Source: Vitrella brassicaformis CCMP3155 (lineage: Eukaryota; Protista; Chromerida). Taken from it: 64,000 bases of DNA. Within the stretch, counting starts at the first letter, position 1. Every line of letters starts with the position of its first letter. The notes under the pieces were generated by a model, which was not told the origin of the DNA, ran no database searches, and saw only the letters and a program-made list of their open reading frames with translations. Positions 50,562-63,381 of the stretch are shown piece after piece. The stretch is from contig CDMY01000375.1 of assembly GCA_001179505.1 (NCBI GenBank), positions 31,215 to 95,214 of the forward strand, written 5' to 3'. The position numbers were made by a program, and so were the translations under genes.

Positions 50562-52855
50562 TGTCAGGTTGTGTGTGGGCCGTGTCTGTGTAGCCTTGAG
50601 GGCCCGTTGCTGTGCGAGATGGCCTCGTTCCTCACCACCATTGAGGCCACCGTCCTCTGTCGTCTCAGTAAGGACATCAGGAGCAAGGCCGACTACACCG
50701 GCAACACACACACCACCGAGGGCAAGACCGACGACACGCCATTCGGCGTATACCGCAACCTCACGATCGCAAAGGACGAGTGCCGCACTTGGCAACGGCT
50801 TGACAGGGCACCATGCTCACGTCTGAGGGAAAAACTGGTGAGGGCGTCTTGTCGTGCGGCAAAGCCAGAGTGCGGATGGTGGATCCGTCTTTCTGCCTGC
50901 CTGTCCGGTCACTCAGGGCCACGTCACGACCGCTTGCATCCAAGACAGGAAGGATGCCTACTTCTGCAACTACCACTACACACTCTCCTTTGTGACGACT
51001 TGCCTCGAGGCCTCCAGGGCATCCCTCAAACACATCTACACCACGGGTTTCATCGACCGTGAAGACGCCCCGGTGCCCCTACGACCCCCAGTGGCCTTCG
51101 ACAAGCTCGAGACGCTGCACGTCACGTCTTCGTCATGGAACAGCTTCTTCCGGTGAGTGAAGTGGCAGTACAAGGCAGGTGTCCTGGTGTCATACTGTTT
51201 CCCCACCCCTGGTGCTGTGGGTTTCAGGGAGTCCAACTGGACGTTCCCGAGTCTCGTCGATTTGCGGGTCAGCACAGGGTAGCGGAGCGAGCTTCCCGAC
51301 GTCACCCACATCGTGCGCTCGGCCCCCCAGCTGCGCACACTCACAACGGCTGACAGCTGGCACACGATCGACGGCGAGTGGTGTGAGTTCGCCAGTGCCC
51401 TGGGGCAGTGCCCTTACCTGACGACTATCCGCGGGCTGGGCATCGGGGGCAACAGCTGCAGCCACCTGACTCATTTGCAGAAGGCCCTCGACACCCACTG
51501 GGGCAAAGAGCAGAACAGATGTAAGCACGGGGGCTCAGAGGGGAAGGCATCACACGTGTTGCTCTGCTCTCCGTTACGGTACATGTTGTCTGCCTCCCTG
51601 TCCTGTAGGCATTACGAAGACCATCGAGTTTGTGTACGGGAGCCCCACCATCAGCACCAGCTTCGGCGACGAGACCCACCCCCTCCACGACTTCCTCACA
51701 TGGGCGGGGCGAGTTGGTGTGGCCATCGAGTGGCGGCTGGGCAAGGACTTCTTCCTGGAGTGCAACAAGGGTGCATCGAGCTCGGTCGGCCCTCCTGCTG
51801 TGCGTGGCCCCGTGGCAGGCGTGGTCAAGGACGCGGCGTCCGAGGCAGCGATGGTAAGTCGGAGGAAGCGAGTGACAGTAGCGCTCTTCCACCCTTCATC
51901 TATCTATCGTGTTGTGCACACCATGGCTGCCTGTGTGCCTCAGGTGCACTTGTATTTGGGTGGTACCCCTCTCCACCGCTCGTGGAAGGACCTGCTGACA
52001 TTCCCCGATGCAGGCATCCTCCTCGTGGACGAGGGCGATTCGTCGTCGACGATTGAGAGCATCCCCACATGGCTGCTGGAGGTCGATGACAACGGCAACA
52101 ACGTGCGCTTCCCCAAGATAGACTACCTCGATGCCCTGCTGGGGTTTGTGGCCGATGGCGATGCCCCACCTGAGGAGGCGTGGCATTTGCCGGCCGCCCC
52201 CAACTCACTCACTACACTGCTAGGCAGCCTGCGGGGAGTCAGATTAGTCGAGTTCACCACGTCTAGTTTGTCTACTGTGTGTGAGTGCCTGTCGCACATG
52301 AGCACCGACAAACTGGACGTGTTGGAGGTCTGTGTGGGCTCGCATCTGACTGCACTGCCTGACCCCATCCCCCACTACACACTGCCGGCTGTGCACCGCC
52401 TTGTCGTCCCGATACGGTGCGGCATGTGGGCCGCAGTGAGCAAGGCAGCTGCGTTGTCGTGTATGCGATTGGCCTTACTCACTCACGCACACGAGGCAGA
52501 GTTTGAGTTTTATGTAGCGTCAGACCAGTTTGACTTCCACCGGGACTATGGGGAGCTAGAGGGAGGGGATGAGGCGGAGGATGATGAGGATGAGGATGAG
52601 GATGCTGCGTGGGAGAGAGAGAGGGAGCTGTGTCAGGCCATGGAGGAGCATGGCAAGGGCTGCATGCGCGCCTTGGCCACTGAGTGCTATGAGGTAGTCA
52701 AGGGAGGATACCAGCTGACAGACGTAGACGTCGGCTGTCACGTGGAGCACAACGAGACCACGATGCAGCTGATGTCCTATGGCCATTTGCAGCTGAAGGT
52801 GTTAGCTAAGGGGGCCATAGCCGGGGGAGAGGACAGAGGGGTCATGACCGACTGA
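49290..52855 (+). CDS. Lineage-specific F-box-like / LRR-like family protein
   Basis: Many short 5' exons lead to the F-box-like LCSLEGPLLCEMASFLTTIEATVLCRLSK and LRR-like blocks (FDKLETLHV, FPSLVDLRV, APQLRTLTT, FPKIDYL). There is an acidic tract and a stop at 52855. Confidence 0.65.
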
Positions 52856-53133
52856 CACACTGACTCTGCTGACTTGTACAGACTCACTCTTGTGGATGTG
52901 GCTGCCTGTGGATGAGTAGCGGTACATCGTTTTGATGCATGAGTGCCTGCGATGTCCTCGCGCAGTGGATGAGTCTCAGTGGTTGCTCGGTTGCTGATGA
53001 AGGGACTCTGTCACACTCGTGTGCACTTGACTGTTTGTTGAAGATATAAACAAAGAGTTCAGTCCCCGTCCGTCGCATGTGGGCCTCCCTGGCTTGTCCC
53101 TGGCACTCACAGCCAACACCACAACCAACACGG

Positions 53134-56100
53134 TCAACACCGGCAGCAGCAGCAGCAGCAGCACGCACAAGCCGCGCAGCAACCATTACGGAGATCTGAT
53201 GGTCGGCTACCGTGGTGGTGGTGGCGATGGGGCAGGGAGGGGCTGTATGGGGGCGGTGCGCGTGTGAATCTCTGCGGTTTTGCCATTGAGCCCGTTCTGA
53301 CATCACAGATGAATATCGTGGCCTTCGCGAGCGGTCGAGAGCAGTGGACAGACATACCAGCGGCAGCCATGAATGGGCTAAACTTGACCTGTCTGCATGA
53401 GACAGACGTGTGTGTTGGAAAGGGTTGGTGACATTGCATGTCTGTCATGAAGCACAAACGCAGACGAAACCAACCGCTACCAATCATTGGATACATAGCT
53501 CGATCTTCGCGTTTTTCTCTTTGGTCAATGTCCAAATGCATGTCTCCTTCTCGTGCGGCCGTCTATCGAGACGAGACACAGAGCACCGTCGACAGTACCC
53601 ATTCGTCAGTCACACACACAGCCGAGCACATAACAACGGCCATAACCAGACACCAGTCAGCAAACTGCCCTGCTTTCTGCCTTCACCCGCCGGCGATGCT
53701 CTCGTTGTCCAGAAATGCGCCGATTGCATCCGACAGCCCGTGTGAGCCGAGAGCCGAGCAGCAGCTGGAGCTGCTCGACACGCAGCGCGAGTGCACGGCC
53801 GCGGGGAGGGGATGGGGCGGCGGATCGATCACACGGCACAGCTGACCCTCATTTCTGGGCATCATGTGGTGCTCGCGCTCATCATTCGGCACCACACACA
53901 TGTCGTTGAACGGGTATCTGCACACACAGCAACGTACACAGCATGCGCATAGATGTCGATTTGTGGGCCTTGTTGTACTCGCTCACCCGAGAGGCGGGAC
54001 GGTCATTGGCGGGATGCTTGCTGCGGGCTCCTGCGATGGACAGGATGATGATTTTCCCCAGTCGATGGCTGCAGGGGGCATCGGGGTGCTGTGCAGACCC
54101 CACGTGTCCACCAAGAGCGAATGCGGCACGGGACGCTGACTCTCTTCGATCGCACTCTGGCGAACCACACACCCCCAATAAAATGGCGTTCATGTGTGTG
54201 TGTCTCTAATTGTCTATGTCGTGCTCACCCCCGCAACATCCTCAGACCATTTGCTGGTGTCCTGCTCACTCCGCAACGCACACATAATGTCTCGGCTGGC
54301 CCCACTGCTTCCACTACCGCTCTTGTCAGAGCGGCCTGAGCTCACACTGGCCGGCCGGAAGATGTCACCATGATTGTGACTTGCCTGCGTGACATTGGGC
54401 CTTCTCAGGCCGTCTCCTGCCCGTATGCCGCCGATAGTGTTTGCCCCCTCGTGCGATGGCTGGTTGGAGAGCGAGAGCGACTCCCGCGTGCTGTCGGTCG
54501 TCTCGCGGGACGGATGGTTGTTGGCGGCCTGGTTGGGGTTGATTCGTGGAGAGGACTTGGCTGAGAGCCCTGACAGGATGTTGTCACACCGGGAGCCAAA
54601 GCTGAGACAGACAGAGAACACCCACCCACAACGCATGAGACCATAATGGCTTTCAGGCGGTCTGAGGTCACCTCACTCACCGGTCTTGCAGGTTGCCAAC
54701 AACATCTTCGATGAGACAGTCCAGGCGCGCCTGGTACTCATCCTCCGCCACAGCATAGGGGTCCCAACCCGGGTCGAAAAACCCGCCATACCTCGGTTTC
54801 GACCGCTCTCCACCCCTCCTCCCGTCCATCTCTCCCTGTCTCTGAGGGAGATGCAGCGACGGAACCCGCCTGTCGTTCTCAGGCGTGTTTGCCGTTGTCG
54901 CCGGCGAGCCAACCCTGCCCACGAACTGCTTGGGTCTTTTCGCGGCCGCCTCGGTGGGCAGGTGTGCATGTTTCATGACGTAGTCGATGGCTCTGTCAGT
55001 TTGAGCCTGGTCTGCAGGGGGCATGGTTGGGTAGTAGTCGCTGTCCGGTGGGACGGACACGGGCAGCGGGCGGGGCGAAGACAGCGACACCAGCTCACCT
55101 GCAGAGAGAGACGCAATGGCTGGTGTGCTGGTTGTTCTGTGTAAAACGTGCCTCGTCGAATTGGCTTGGGGGGATATCGGCGGCGTGATGGTTCGCTGGG
55201 CGGGGGAGGCATGTTTACCTCCAGTTCTGACGCCAGCTGTACCAGCGGATACGCCTGACGCCACACAGGGAAGGAAAACACAGGATGACAGATTGCCCGG
55301 TATGTGTTAAGTCTCTGTCTGTCTGTGTGAGGAGGTCTGTACCCTTCCGCGTCCCTCCATTGCATCCTCAGCCAGCAGGTCCGCTATGGCAGGGATCGGC
55401 CCCACCGAGTCGCTCCCCTCGTCCCTCTCCCTTCCCAAGTCCTCTTTCACCACCGGCAGCGCCGAAGACGACACCACATAGTCATTGCCCGAGCTCAGCG
55501 ACCCAGAAAACGGCAGAAACGACGATCGCGGCGATACCATCAAGTGGTCGCGGGGGCTGCTCAGCGGGGGGGATGGCGGCCGGATATTGGGCTGCGACGG
55601 GTGGCAGGCGGGTGTCGGAGGGATGGGCTGGACGATGGTGTCTTCTTCGGAGGGGATGGAGTCGAGGTGGATAGGCCACTCTCCTGCTGGTGGCGGGGGA
55701 GGTTTGCGTGGTGTCGGTCGGAGGCTGGGCGGCTGTGAGGGGGTGGGCGGGATGCGCTGCTCCATCACAAACTCGTACAGGATGCTGTTGGGCGGACCTG
55801 CACATACCCATTCATCCATCCGTCAAGCCGTCCATGAGTGTGGGTCCGTACGCAGACCCACTGTGTATGTGTCTCACCTCCGCCGTCAGAAGAGGACGAG
55901 TCGGACCCGAGTGAGAACTGGCGGAACACCTCCCCTGGCTCCCGCATGTCATCAAACGGCGGCGGCAGTCCGTTCCCACCCACACCACCCCCTCGCACCA
56001 CAACAGCACCAGAGCACCCCTCCGCCCTTTTCTCCTCACCACAATCACCCCCCAAACCGCCGGCATAGCCATGACCACGATGATCATCCGGTGCAATCGC

Positions 56101-57566
56101 CCCTGTCCATTCCTCCCCCTCCCCCTCTCCCTCCATGACGCCGACATACCTCTGGCTGCCCGAGAGCGCGTTGAGGTCTCGCGGCGAGGGGATGTCATCG
56201 ATATTCCTGGGTGGGGGTGGGATGCGGCGGTGATTGGGTGTCCACCTGAGGTTGGGGTGCCATGATGGGCTCCACTTGGGGTCGAAACAGTCCTCGGGGA
56301 TGTAGAGCGGGATGAACTGGTAGTCCGGCACGGGAAACAGCTGCACAAGACGACGACACAGATGAAAGAGACATGTGTCTTTCTGTGTTTTGCCGCCTTT
56401 CCTTCCGGTCCGACCGTGCATGCGTGTGAGGCGAAGTAGAGGACGTTGGAGAAGAGGTCGACGTTGTGTGTCATTCCCTCTGGCGTGGACAGGATGGTCT
56501 TGCCGGGGGTGTGCTTCTCCAGCATCTGCGAGTGCTTCGGGCTGTACATGCCGTCGTCCTGCCCGTGCACAAACAGCACGCGACACGCCGTCTGCACACA
56601 CACAACCACACACAACACAGAGCACACGGAGGGTCTCGGGCCTTTGTCTTGTCTGTCTGTATGTGTCTGCCGCGTACGTGTCGTATGTTTTCGAGGTTGT
56701 TGAATCGGTCGCTGATGAGGCCCATGGCGAAGCCGCCCATTCTCTCCTTCACCACCTCGCGAATCGACACAAACGGCGCCACCAAAATGGCACCAAAGAC
56801 GTCATACCGCGCCGCCAGATGCAGGGCAGGGCCGGTCCCTGCATGGCCAAACAAGTACATGGCAGTGATGGCACTCTGTGTGGAGGTCTGTCTCTTCTGT
56901 CCTTCTGTGTGTGCTTCGATACCGATTGATCTTCCCATGACGATGATCTTGCATGGATCCCAGCCGCACCGCTCGATGAGGAACCGGATGCATGCCTCAG
57001 CGTACCGCAGCACCATCTCCTCATTTGGCTTGCCCGGCGCAATCCCATAACCCTGCAGCAATGCACCCATCCCTCCCATCAGCCAGAGACACAGACAGAG
57101 AGGGTCGGCTGGTCTACTCGTCTACTCACCGGGTACTCCATAGCAATGACGTGTGTGTCGAATCCCTCCGAGAGGTCCCTGCAGAAGAGCCTGCACCGTC
57201 CGAGGTCCTCCCCGTTGCCGTGAAAGTAGAGGATGACAAACCGCGCGTCGTGCTTCGGGAAGTAGAGGCACGGGATGCACGTCTCCGGCGTGGCCGTGCC
57301 GAAGTCAAGCGTCCCTGCATTGGTAACAGTCAGCCGACACACGCATGAGCAACGCGCAGGGAGGGAGGGAGGGAGGGAGGGAGAGGGACGGGGAGAGTCA
57401 TCCCACACACACATCCAGGCACACACATACCAGGTATCCACATGAGTTCCTCGAAGTCTTGTATTTTGTATGTGGTGCGTCCGGGGAAGACCAGTCGGTC
57501 CACGAACGTCTCCCACCGCTGGTGGAAGAACTGCTCTGTCCACGACGCCAAATGCCGAAGATTCAT
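53134..57566 (-). CDS. ABHD17-like alpha/beta hydrolase with a long low-complexity C-terminus
   Basis: ILYFHGNGEDLG, MEYPGYG, MGRSIGTG, VAPFVSI, FVHGQDD and MTHN motifs. The Pro/Ser-rich tail exons run to about 53.1-53.5 kb (end uncertain). Confidence 0.85.
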
Positions 57567-57826
57567 CCTCGAGTCAGAGAGGGGGGCCGATGAGCCCAGA
57601 ACGGCAGGTGTGCGATGGACGGATGAGTCGAATGCGAAGATCTAGGCTTGTGATAGACTTGAGCGAAAAGGCCAGCAAGCAGGGAATGGAGGCACTGGCA
57701 GAAACTTGAACTTGAAGACGGGAAAACCCCCCACGCCCCCATATCGTCGAGACCAGCGATCGGCGCAAGAGTTGACGAAGTTCACATATCTGGTGATGAA
57801 GAGAGCACTGACGCCGCCGCATTCTC

Positions 57827-57846
57827 CGCATGCATGCATGCATGCG
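57827..57846. promoter_or_regulatory. Perfect 20-bp palindrome containing tandem TGCATGCA motifs
   Basis: CGCATGCATGCATGCATGCG lies between the divergent ABHD17-like and SWIB starts. A regulatory role is only inferred. Confidence 0.3.
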
Positions 57847-57894
57847 TGTGTGTGGTTTGTTGCAGGTTGGTTGCATCGTTGGTGTGTTGAGATC

Positions 57895-58424
57895 ATGGCT
57901 GCCGCTGCTGCTGCGAAGAAGGTTGGAGGGCTGCACAAGGCGATGCAGCTGTCCCCTGCGCTGGCCAGCTTCATGGGCAGGAAACAGGCCAGCCGAATCG
58001 ACGTCAACAAGGCCATGTAGGCGCATTGGCAGAGCGCTCTTGTGTGGCGCCGATGCATTCGTGTGTGTGTGTGTGTGTGTGTGGCGTGCTGCAGCTGGGC
58101 TCACATCAAGCAGAACAACCTACAGAAAGAGAAAGAACTGGTGGGATGAACAGCCGATATCTCTCTGTCTTGCCTGCACACGGATTGCTGGCATGCAATG
58201 CGTTGCAATGCAGAGGACCATCCTGCCGGACGCACAGCTGAAGCCGCTTCTCAGCGACAGGGAGGAGGCAAGCCAGCCACCTACACCCACACCCACACAC
58301 ACACACCGACAAGCACACGTGCGACGTGCAATGGATTCTCATAATTGTGCTGCAGTTGAACATGTTCGAGTTGCCCAGGGAGCTCAACAAGCACTTCACC
58401 AAGCTGCCAGAAGCTGACAAGTGA
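57895..58424 (+). CDS. Small stand-alone SWIB/MDM2-domain protein
   Basis: Spliced GGLHKAMQLSPALASFMGRKQASRIDVNKAMWAHIKQNNLQ..TILPDAQLKPLL..LNMFELPRELNKHF*. Confidence 0.85.
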
Positions 58425-59092
58425 TGGCAAGGGGGATGGATGGATAATCGTAGCTAGCTACTCAGCCACCAACGCACCCTCCTGACGGCCGGCGGGCGGG
58501 CGTGATAGTTAGCGAATGGCGGGCGGGTGGGAGGGAGGGAGGGAGGGAGGGGGAGAGGACCATGGTAGCTAGAGAGATAGATGCGCGGCCGGCCAGCTGC
58601 TGTCGTCTGTTTCCCCCTTTGTTTTTTGTCGTTGCTGTATAGCCCCTTCATGTGTGAATCCCCATGTGCTGTGCGCTGGCTGGCGTTGCCTTCCTTTGTA
58701 ATTCGATGGATGGATGGATGTGGCAAGCTGGCTGTTTGCGTGCGTGCGTTGCGTGCCTTGGGTTTGTCTTGTCGATGGCGTGGCTGTCTGTTGGGTGAAA
58801 ACATTCATAATGGGACTCGGGAGGAAGAGCTGCTATGGATTCAGGCGTCCATCGTCGTTGATACGCTTGGTCGATCGGTCGGTCCATCGCACGCACGCAC
58901 GCAAGCATCTCTCGCTGATTTAGCGATACCGTCCAATGCGCAGCGGCAGCCGCGTCACATCACTTGATGCCACACACACACAGACATCAGACAACCACGC
59001 TAAGTACACACATCCGCCCTCTGCACGTCACTTTGTGAACACATCAGCGAGCGGACTCCACACACCCACCCCAACCCGCCAGCCCCATCCCT

Positions 59093-62000
59093 CTATCGCC
59101 CCGAGCTGACGGCTTCTGCCTCCCTTGCTGTGTCCTCCTCTGTCACCCCTTGCCGTGGTGTGCCCGCCGAGTTGAGCTGCTCCAGTGACCGTCCGATGGC
59201 CTCCAGCTGCGCCCGCAAATCGTCAGCCTCCGCACGCACCTTGGCCACCACGGCCGCAGGAGCCTTGTCGATGAAGCCCTTGTTGCCCAGCCTGGCCGTC
59301 AGCTGCGCCAGCTCCTTGTCGACCTTGTCCCTCTGCCTCTCCAGCCGCTGACGCTCCTTCTCCACATCCACCAGGTCGGCCATCGGCAGGTCCACCTCCA
59401 CACCCTCACCAACCACCAGATGCACCACGCCACTGCTGCTGCTGCTGCTCGTGGCAGTCTGTGTGATCGCAAGTTTGCCCGGGTCGATGCGCGCGAAGAG
59501 CGCGAGGATCGGCGCCATGTCGGTCAGCTGGGACCGGAGCGCAGCGTCACTCACTTGCACCTCGGCGGCGATCTTCCGCCCGGGCTCCACCTTGTAATCG
59601 GCCCGTGCCGCACGAATGGACCGCACAACCGCCTGCAGAGTCTGGAAGGTCGCCGTTGCGCGCTGGTCCTTGGGCAGCTGCCCGTCCTCCATCTGTTGGC
59701 CGTCCCCGACGGCTGCTGGCCATGGCGCCACGATGAGGGCGTGCTGCGAGGGTGGGTGGGGCAGGATTTGCCAGAGAGACTCGGTGACGTAAGGCATGAA
59801 GGGGTGCAGCAGCATGAGGGACCGCAGCAGCACGTAGAGGAGCACACGGAGGGTGCTCCAGCGGTCGTCTGCCTGGTCTGCCTGGTCTGTCGAGGTGTCT
59901 TGACGCTGCTGCAGCCTGAGACTTGATATGCCCACATACCTGCGACAGATGACGCAAGACCAGAACACACACACACGAATGGATGGATGGATGGATGGAT
60001 GTGCTTGTGAGGGGGTGTTGGGTAGGTAGGTACCAGTCGGCGAGTTCGTCCCAGATGAACTCGTAGAGCCTCTTGCCCGCCTCTGCGACGTTGTAGGCCA
60101 GCAGACACCGCGTCACATCCTCTATTAACACATGACACATGCTGCATGCACCACCAGACATCACACACACACACACACACATCAATGAACCAAGATGGCT
60201 GCTCACCCCACCCAACCTCACCTGACAATGTGCCTATCGGGCAATGGCAAAGCCGCCACCTCATCCTCGGTGATCGGGCCCTCCAGGCTCTCCACCAGGC
60301 GGCTTCTCTCGGCGTCGTCAAGCCCCTCCAGCTGGGTGAAGACGTACCGCCCGACGTTCCACAGCTTGTTGGCGAAGTTGCGGTTGGCCTCCACCCTCTC
60401 CATCTGCAACGGGATGTCCTGCCCAGGCGCACCTCCCGTCACCAACGTGTACCTGCACTCACAGAGGGAGAGAATGTGGATGGGCTGTGCCTTTTGCGTG
60501 TGGTGTGCAGGTGGGTGTGTAGGTGGGTGGGCGCGGCGCACCTGAGTGCGTCTGCGCCGTATTTCTCTGTGGTGTCGAGTGGGTCGACGACGTTGCCTTT
60601 GGTTTTGCTCATCTTCTGCCCTTCGGCGTCACGAACGAGGCCGTGGAGGTAGACCAAAGAGAAGGGCACCTCGCCAGTCAACTCGATGCCCAGCATCACC
60701 TGCATGCACCAACGAATCGGATCCACACTGCTGATAGGCGTCAATCAACCAATGTGTGTGAGTGTGTGTGTGTACCAACCATTCTGGCCACCCAGAAGAA
60801 GAGAATGTCGTAGCCTGTCTCCAAGACAGTGGCGGGGTAGTAACGGGCCAAATCGCTGTCGGGATCACTCTCGCTCTACACACAGAGTAAACAGCACAAC
60901 ACAACACAACACAACACACAACACACAACAAACGACACACACACTGCACCCCCGAGGTCTCGTTCGCCCGCCTCTCATCACTCACGTGTGGCCATCCGAC
61001 GGTGGCAAAGGGCCACAGGCCAGACGAGAACCACGTGTCCAGCACATCTTCATCCTGCCGCAGGTCCCCCTCCCCCACCCACTCGCCCCACACCTCCTTC
61101 GCCCTCCGCACGGCCTCGTTCACATCCCTCCCCACCACATACATCGACTCATGACTGCCGTCGGTGACGGCCGTGCCGTCCTGCTGCCGAGTGAGGTACC
61201 AGACGGGGATGCGGTGGCCCCACCAGAGCTGGCGTGAGATGCACCAGTCGTGCAGGTCCGACAGCCAGTTGGACCAGATCTTGTTGAAGCGGGTGGGGAG
61301 GATGGTCAGCTTGCCGGTCGTGGCGGCGTCGAGGGCCTGTTTGGCCATGTTGTCCGTCTTGACGAACCACTGCCGAGAGATCAGGGGCTCGATCACCTCC
61401 CCACCTCTGGGCAGAGACACACAGGGAAGGGGAGGCACTGCATGTGGTTTGTGGTTTGTGCAGCTGACTGAGTGGGACTTTAACTGACCTCTGAGATCTC
61501 GGCACCCGTTGTGTGTGGGGCTCCACCTTGATCGTCAGGCCCTCCTGCCCCATAGTGGACCACAGCTGCACACACACACACACACACACATGATGGATGG
61601 ATGGATGGATGTTGGTCTGTGGTGCATGGAAATACCTTGTCTCGCGCATCGAATCTATCGAGGCCCTCAAAGGCCCCGGCATTGGCATTCAATGTGCCAT
61701 CCTGCACACACACACACGCACACCCCTCCTCATGCGCCCGTGTGTGCGGGGTGTATTGTGTGAACGCATGCAGACCTTGTTCATGATATTGATGAGCGGC
61801 AGGTTGTGTCGCTTGCCGATCTCATAGTCGTTGGGGTCATGCGCAGGGGTGATCTTCAGCGCACCTGTCCCGAACTGACACAACACACGCCACACCATAC
61901 ACGCCACACATGGAGACAGACGCACACACGCACTCCTTCCTGCATGTGTCTGTTGTCACTGACCTCTCTGTCGACGTATGTGTCGGCTATCACTGGGATG

Positions 62001-63381
62001 CTCCGCCCCTGCGTCGGCACCACGACCGACTTGCCGATCAGATGAGCATACCTAAAGACACACAACCAACACATGTGTTGTGATGGCTGCATACATTTTG
62101 CTGGGCTTCTCACCCACCCACCTGGGATCTTCAGGATGCACACAGACCGCCGTATCGCCCAGAATTGTCTGCACACACAACCGGCCAGACATGGGCTGCC
62201 TCACCGCCAGCCACGCCACACACCACACCAGGACTATCTATCTTACTTACCTCTGGCCGTGTGGTAGCGACGGGCAGATACTGCCGGCCGTCGCCATTTG
62301 CCTCTGCCAGCATATATTTGAAGTGGTAGAGCTTGCCCTCCTCTTGGCTGTACTCGACCTCCAAATCCGACACGGCCGTCTGCAGCTGCGGGCTCCAGTT
62401 GACGAGGTACTCGCCACGGTAAATCAAACCCTTCTCGTGGAGACGGAAAAAAGCCTGTCAATGGACACGCAGAGAGACGTCACACACAAGCTCTCGATTG
62501 CTCATCCATTCATCGCACCTCGGTTACGGCGGCAGACATGCTAGGTTCGAGTGTGAATCGCAGCCGTGTCCAGTCGGCCGATGCCCCCAGCTCCCTCATC
62601 TGCTCGGAGATGTACCCGCCCTTCTCATCCTTCCACTGCCACACCCTCTCCAAGAAGGCCTCCCGCCCCAGCGATTCGCGTGTGATGCCCTCCGCCTCGA
62701 GGGACCGCTCCACCAGCAGCTGCGTGGCGATGCCGGCGTGGTCGGTGCCCGGCAGATACAGGGTGGGCTGACCCAACATCCGACGAAAGCGCGTGAAGAT
62801 GTCCTGACATAGGAACCGGAACACAGCACAGCAGAGCACAGTGCATAGCTAGCGTACATGTCAGCAGCCTTATCTCCGCCCGTCACTCTCTGGCTGACCT
62901 GAATGGCCACAAAGATGGCGTGTCCCATGTGCAGGTACCCCGTCACGTTGGGCGGCGGCATCGGCACCACATAAGGCTTCCTGCTCCTCCTGACGCCGTT
63001 GTGCTCGTCCGGCCCGTTGGCTGTGGGCTGGAAGAAGCCGCTCCTGTCCCACCACTCATAGAGGGGCGCCTCCACTTTGGTGGGGTCGAAGATCTTGGGC
63101 ATCTCGCTGCCGTCGCCTTCAAGCAGCGCCGGGGCGGGCAGAGGGGAAGGAGGGGGAGAGGATGACCCGGCGGAACGCGACACTCTGGTGCGATGTCTGC
63201 GATGACGGAATAGCTGCGGCTGACATCGGAGATGAGCATTGTGGAAGGCGGGTTCTGGTCTTGAAGGACGTGGCTCCAGGCTGCGGGAGAGCCGTGACGG
63301 GTGCAGCGCTCGACACACAACCAGGAGCAGCCACGCTGCTGCCGCCAGAGGCCTCCACGATGAATAAGGAGATGGCTTCAT
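59093..63381 (-). CDS. valS: Valyl-tRNA synthetase, organellar (bipartite plastid-type leader)
   Basis: [42 protein letters not shown] and [12 protein letters not shown] motifs plus a C-terminal coiled-coil arm. The N-terminus has a signal peptide and an R/S-rich transit region. Confidence 0.95.

Noticed and set aside
53134-53200. Cys-rich C-terminus (CCAACACCCCCCRC) as a palmitoylation or metal site
   Set aside because: It is the translation of a (GCT)n microsatellite, and the true last exon and frame of the hydrolase are uncertain.
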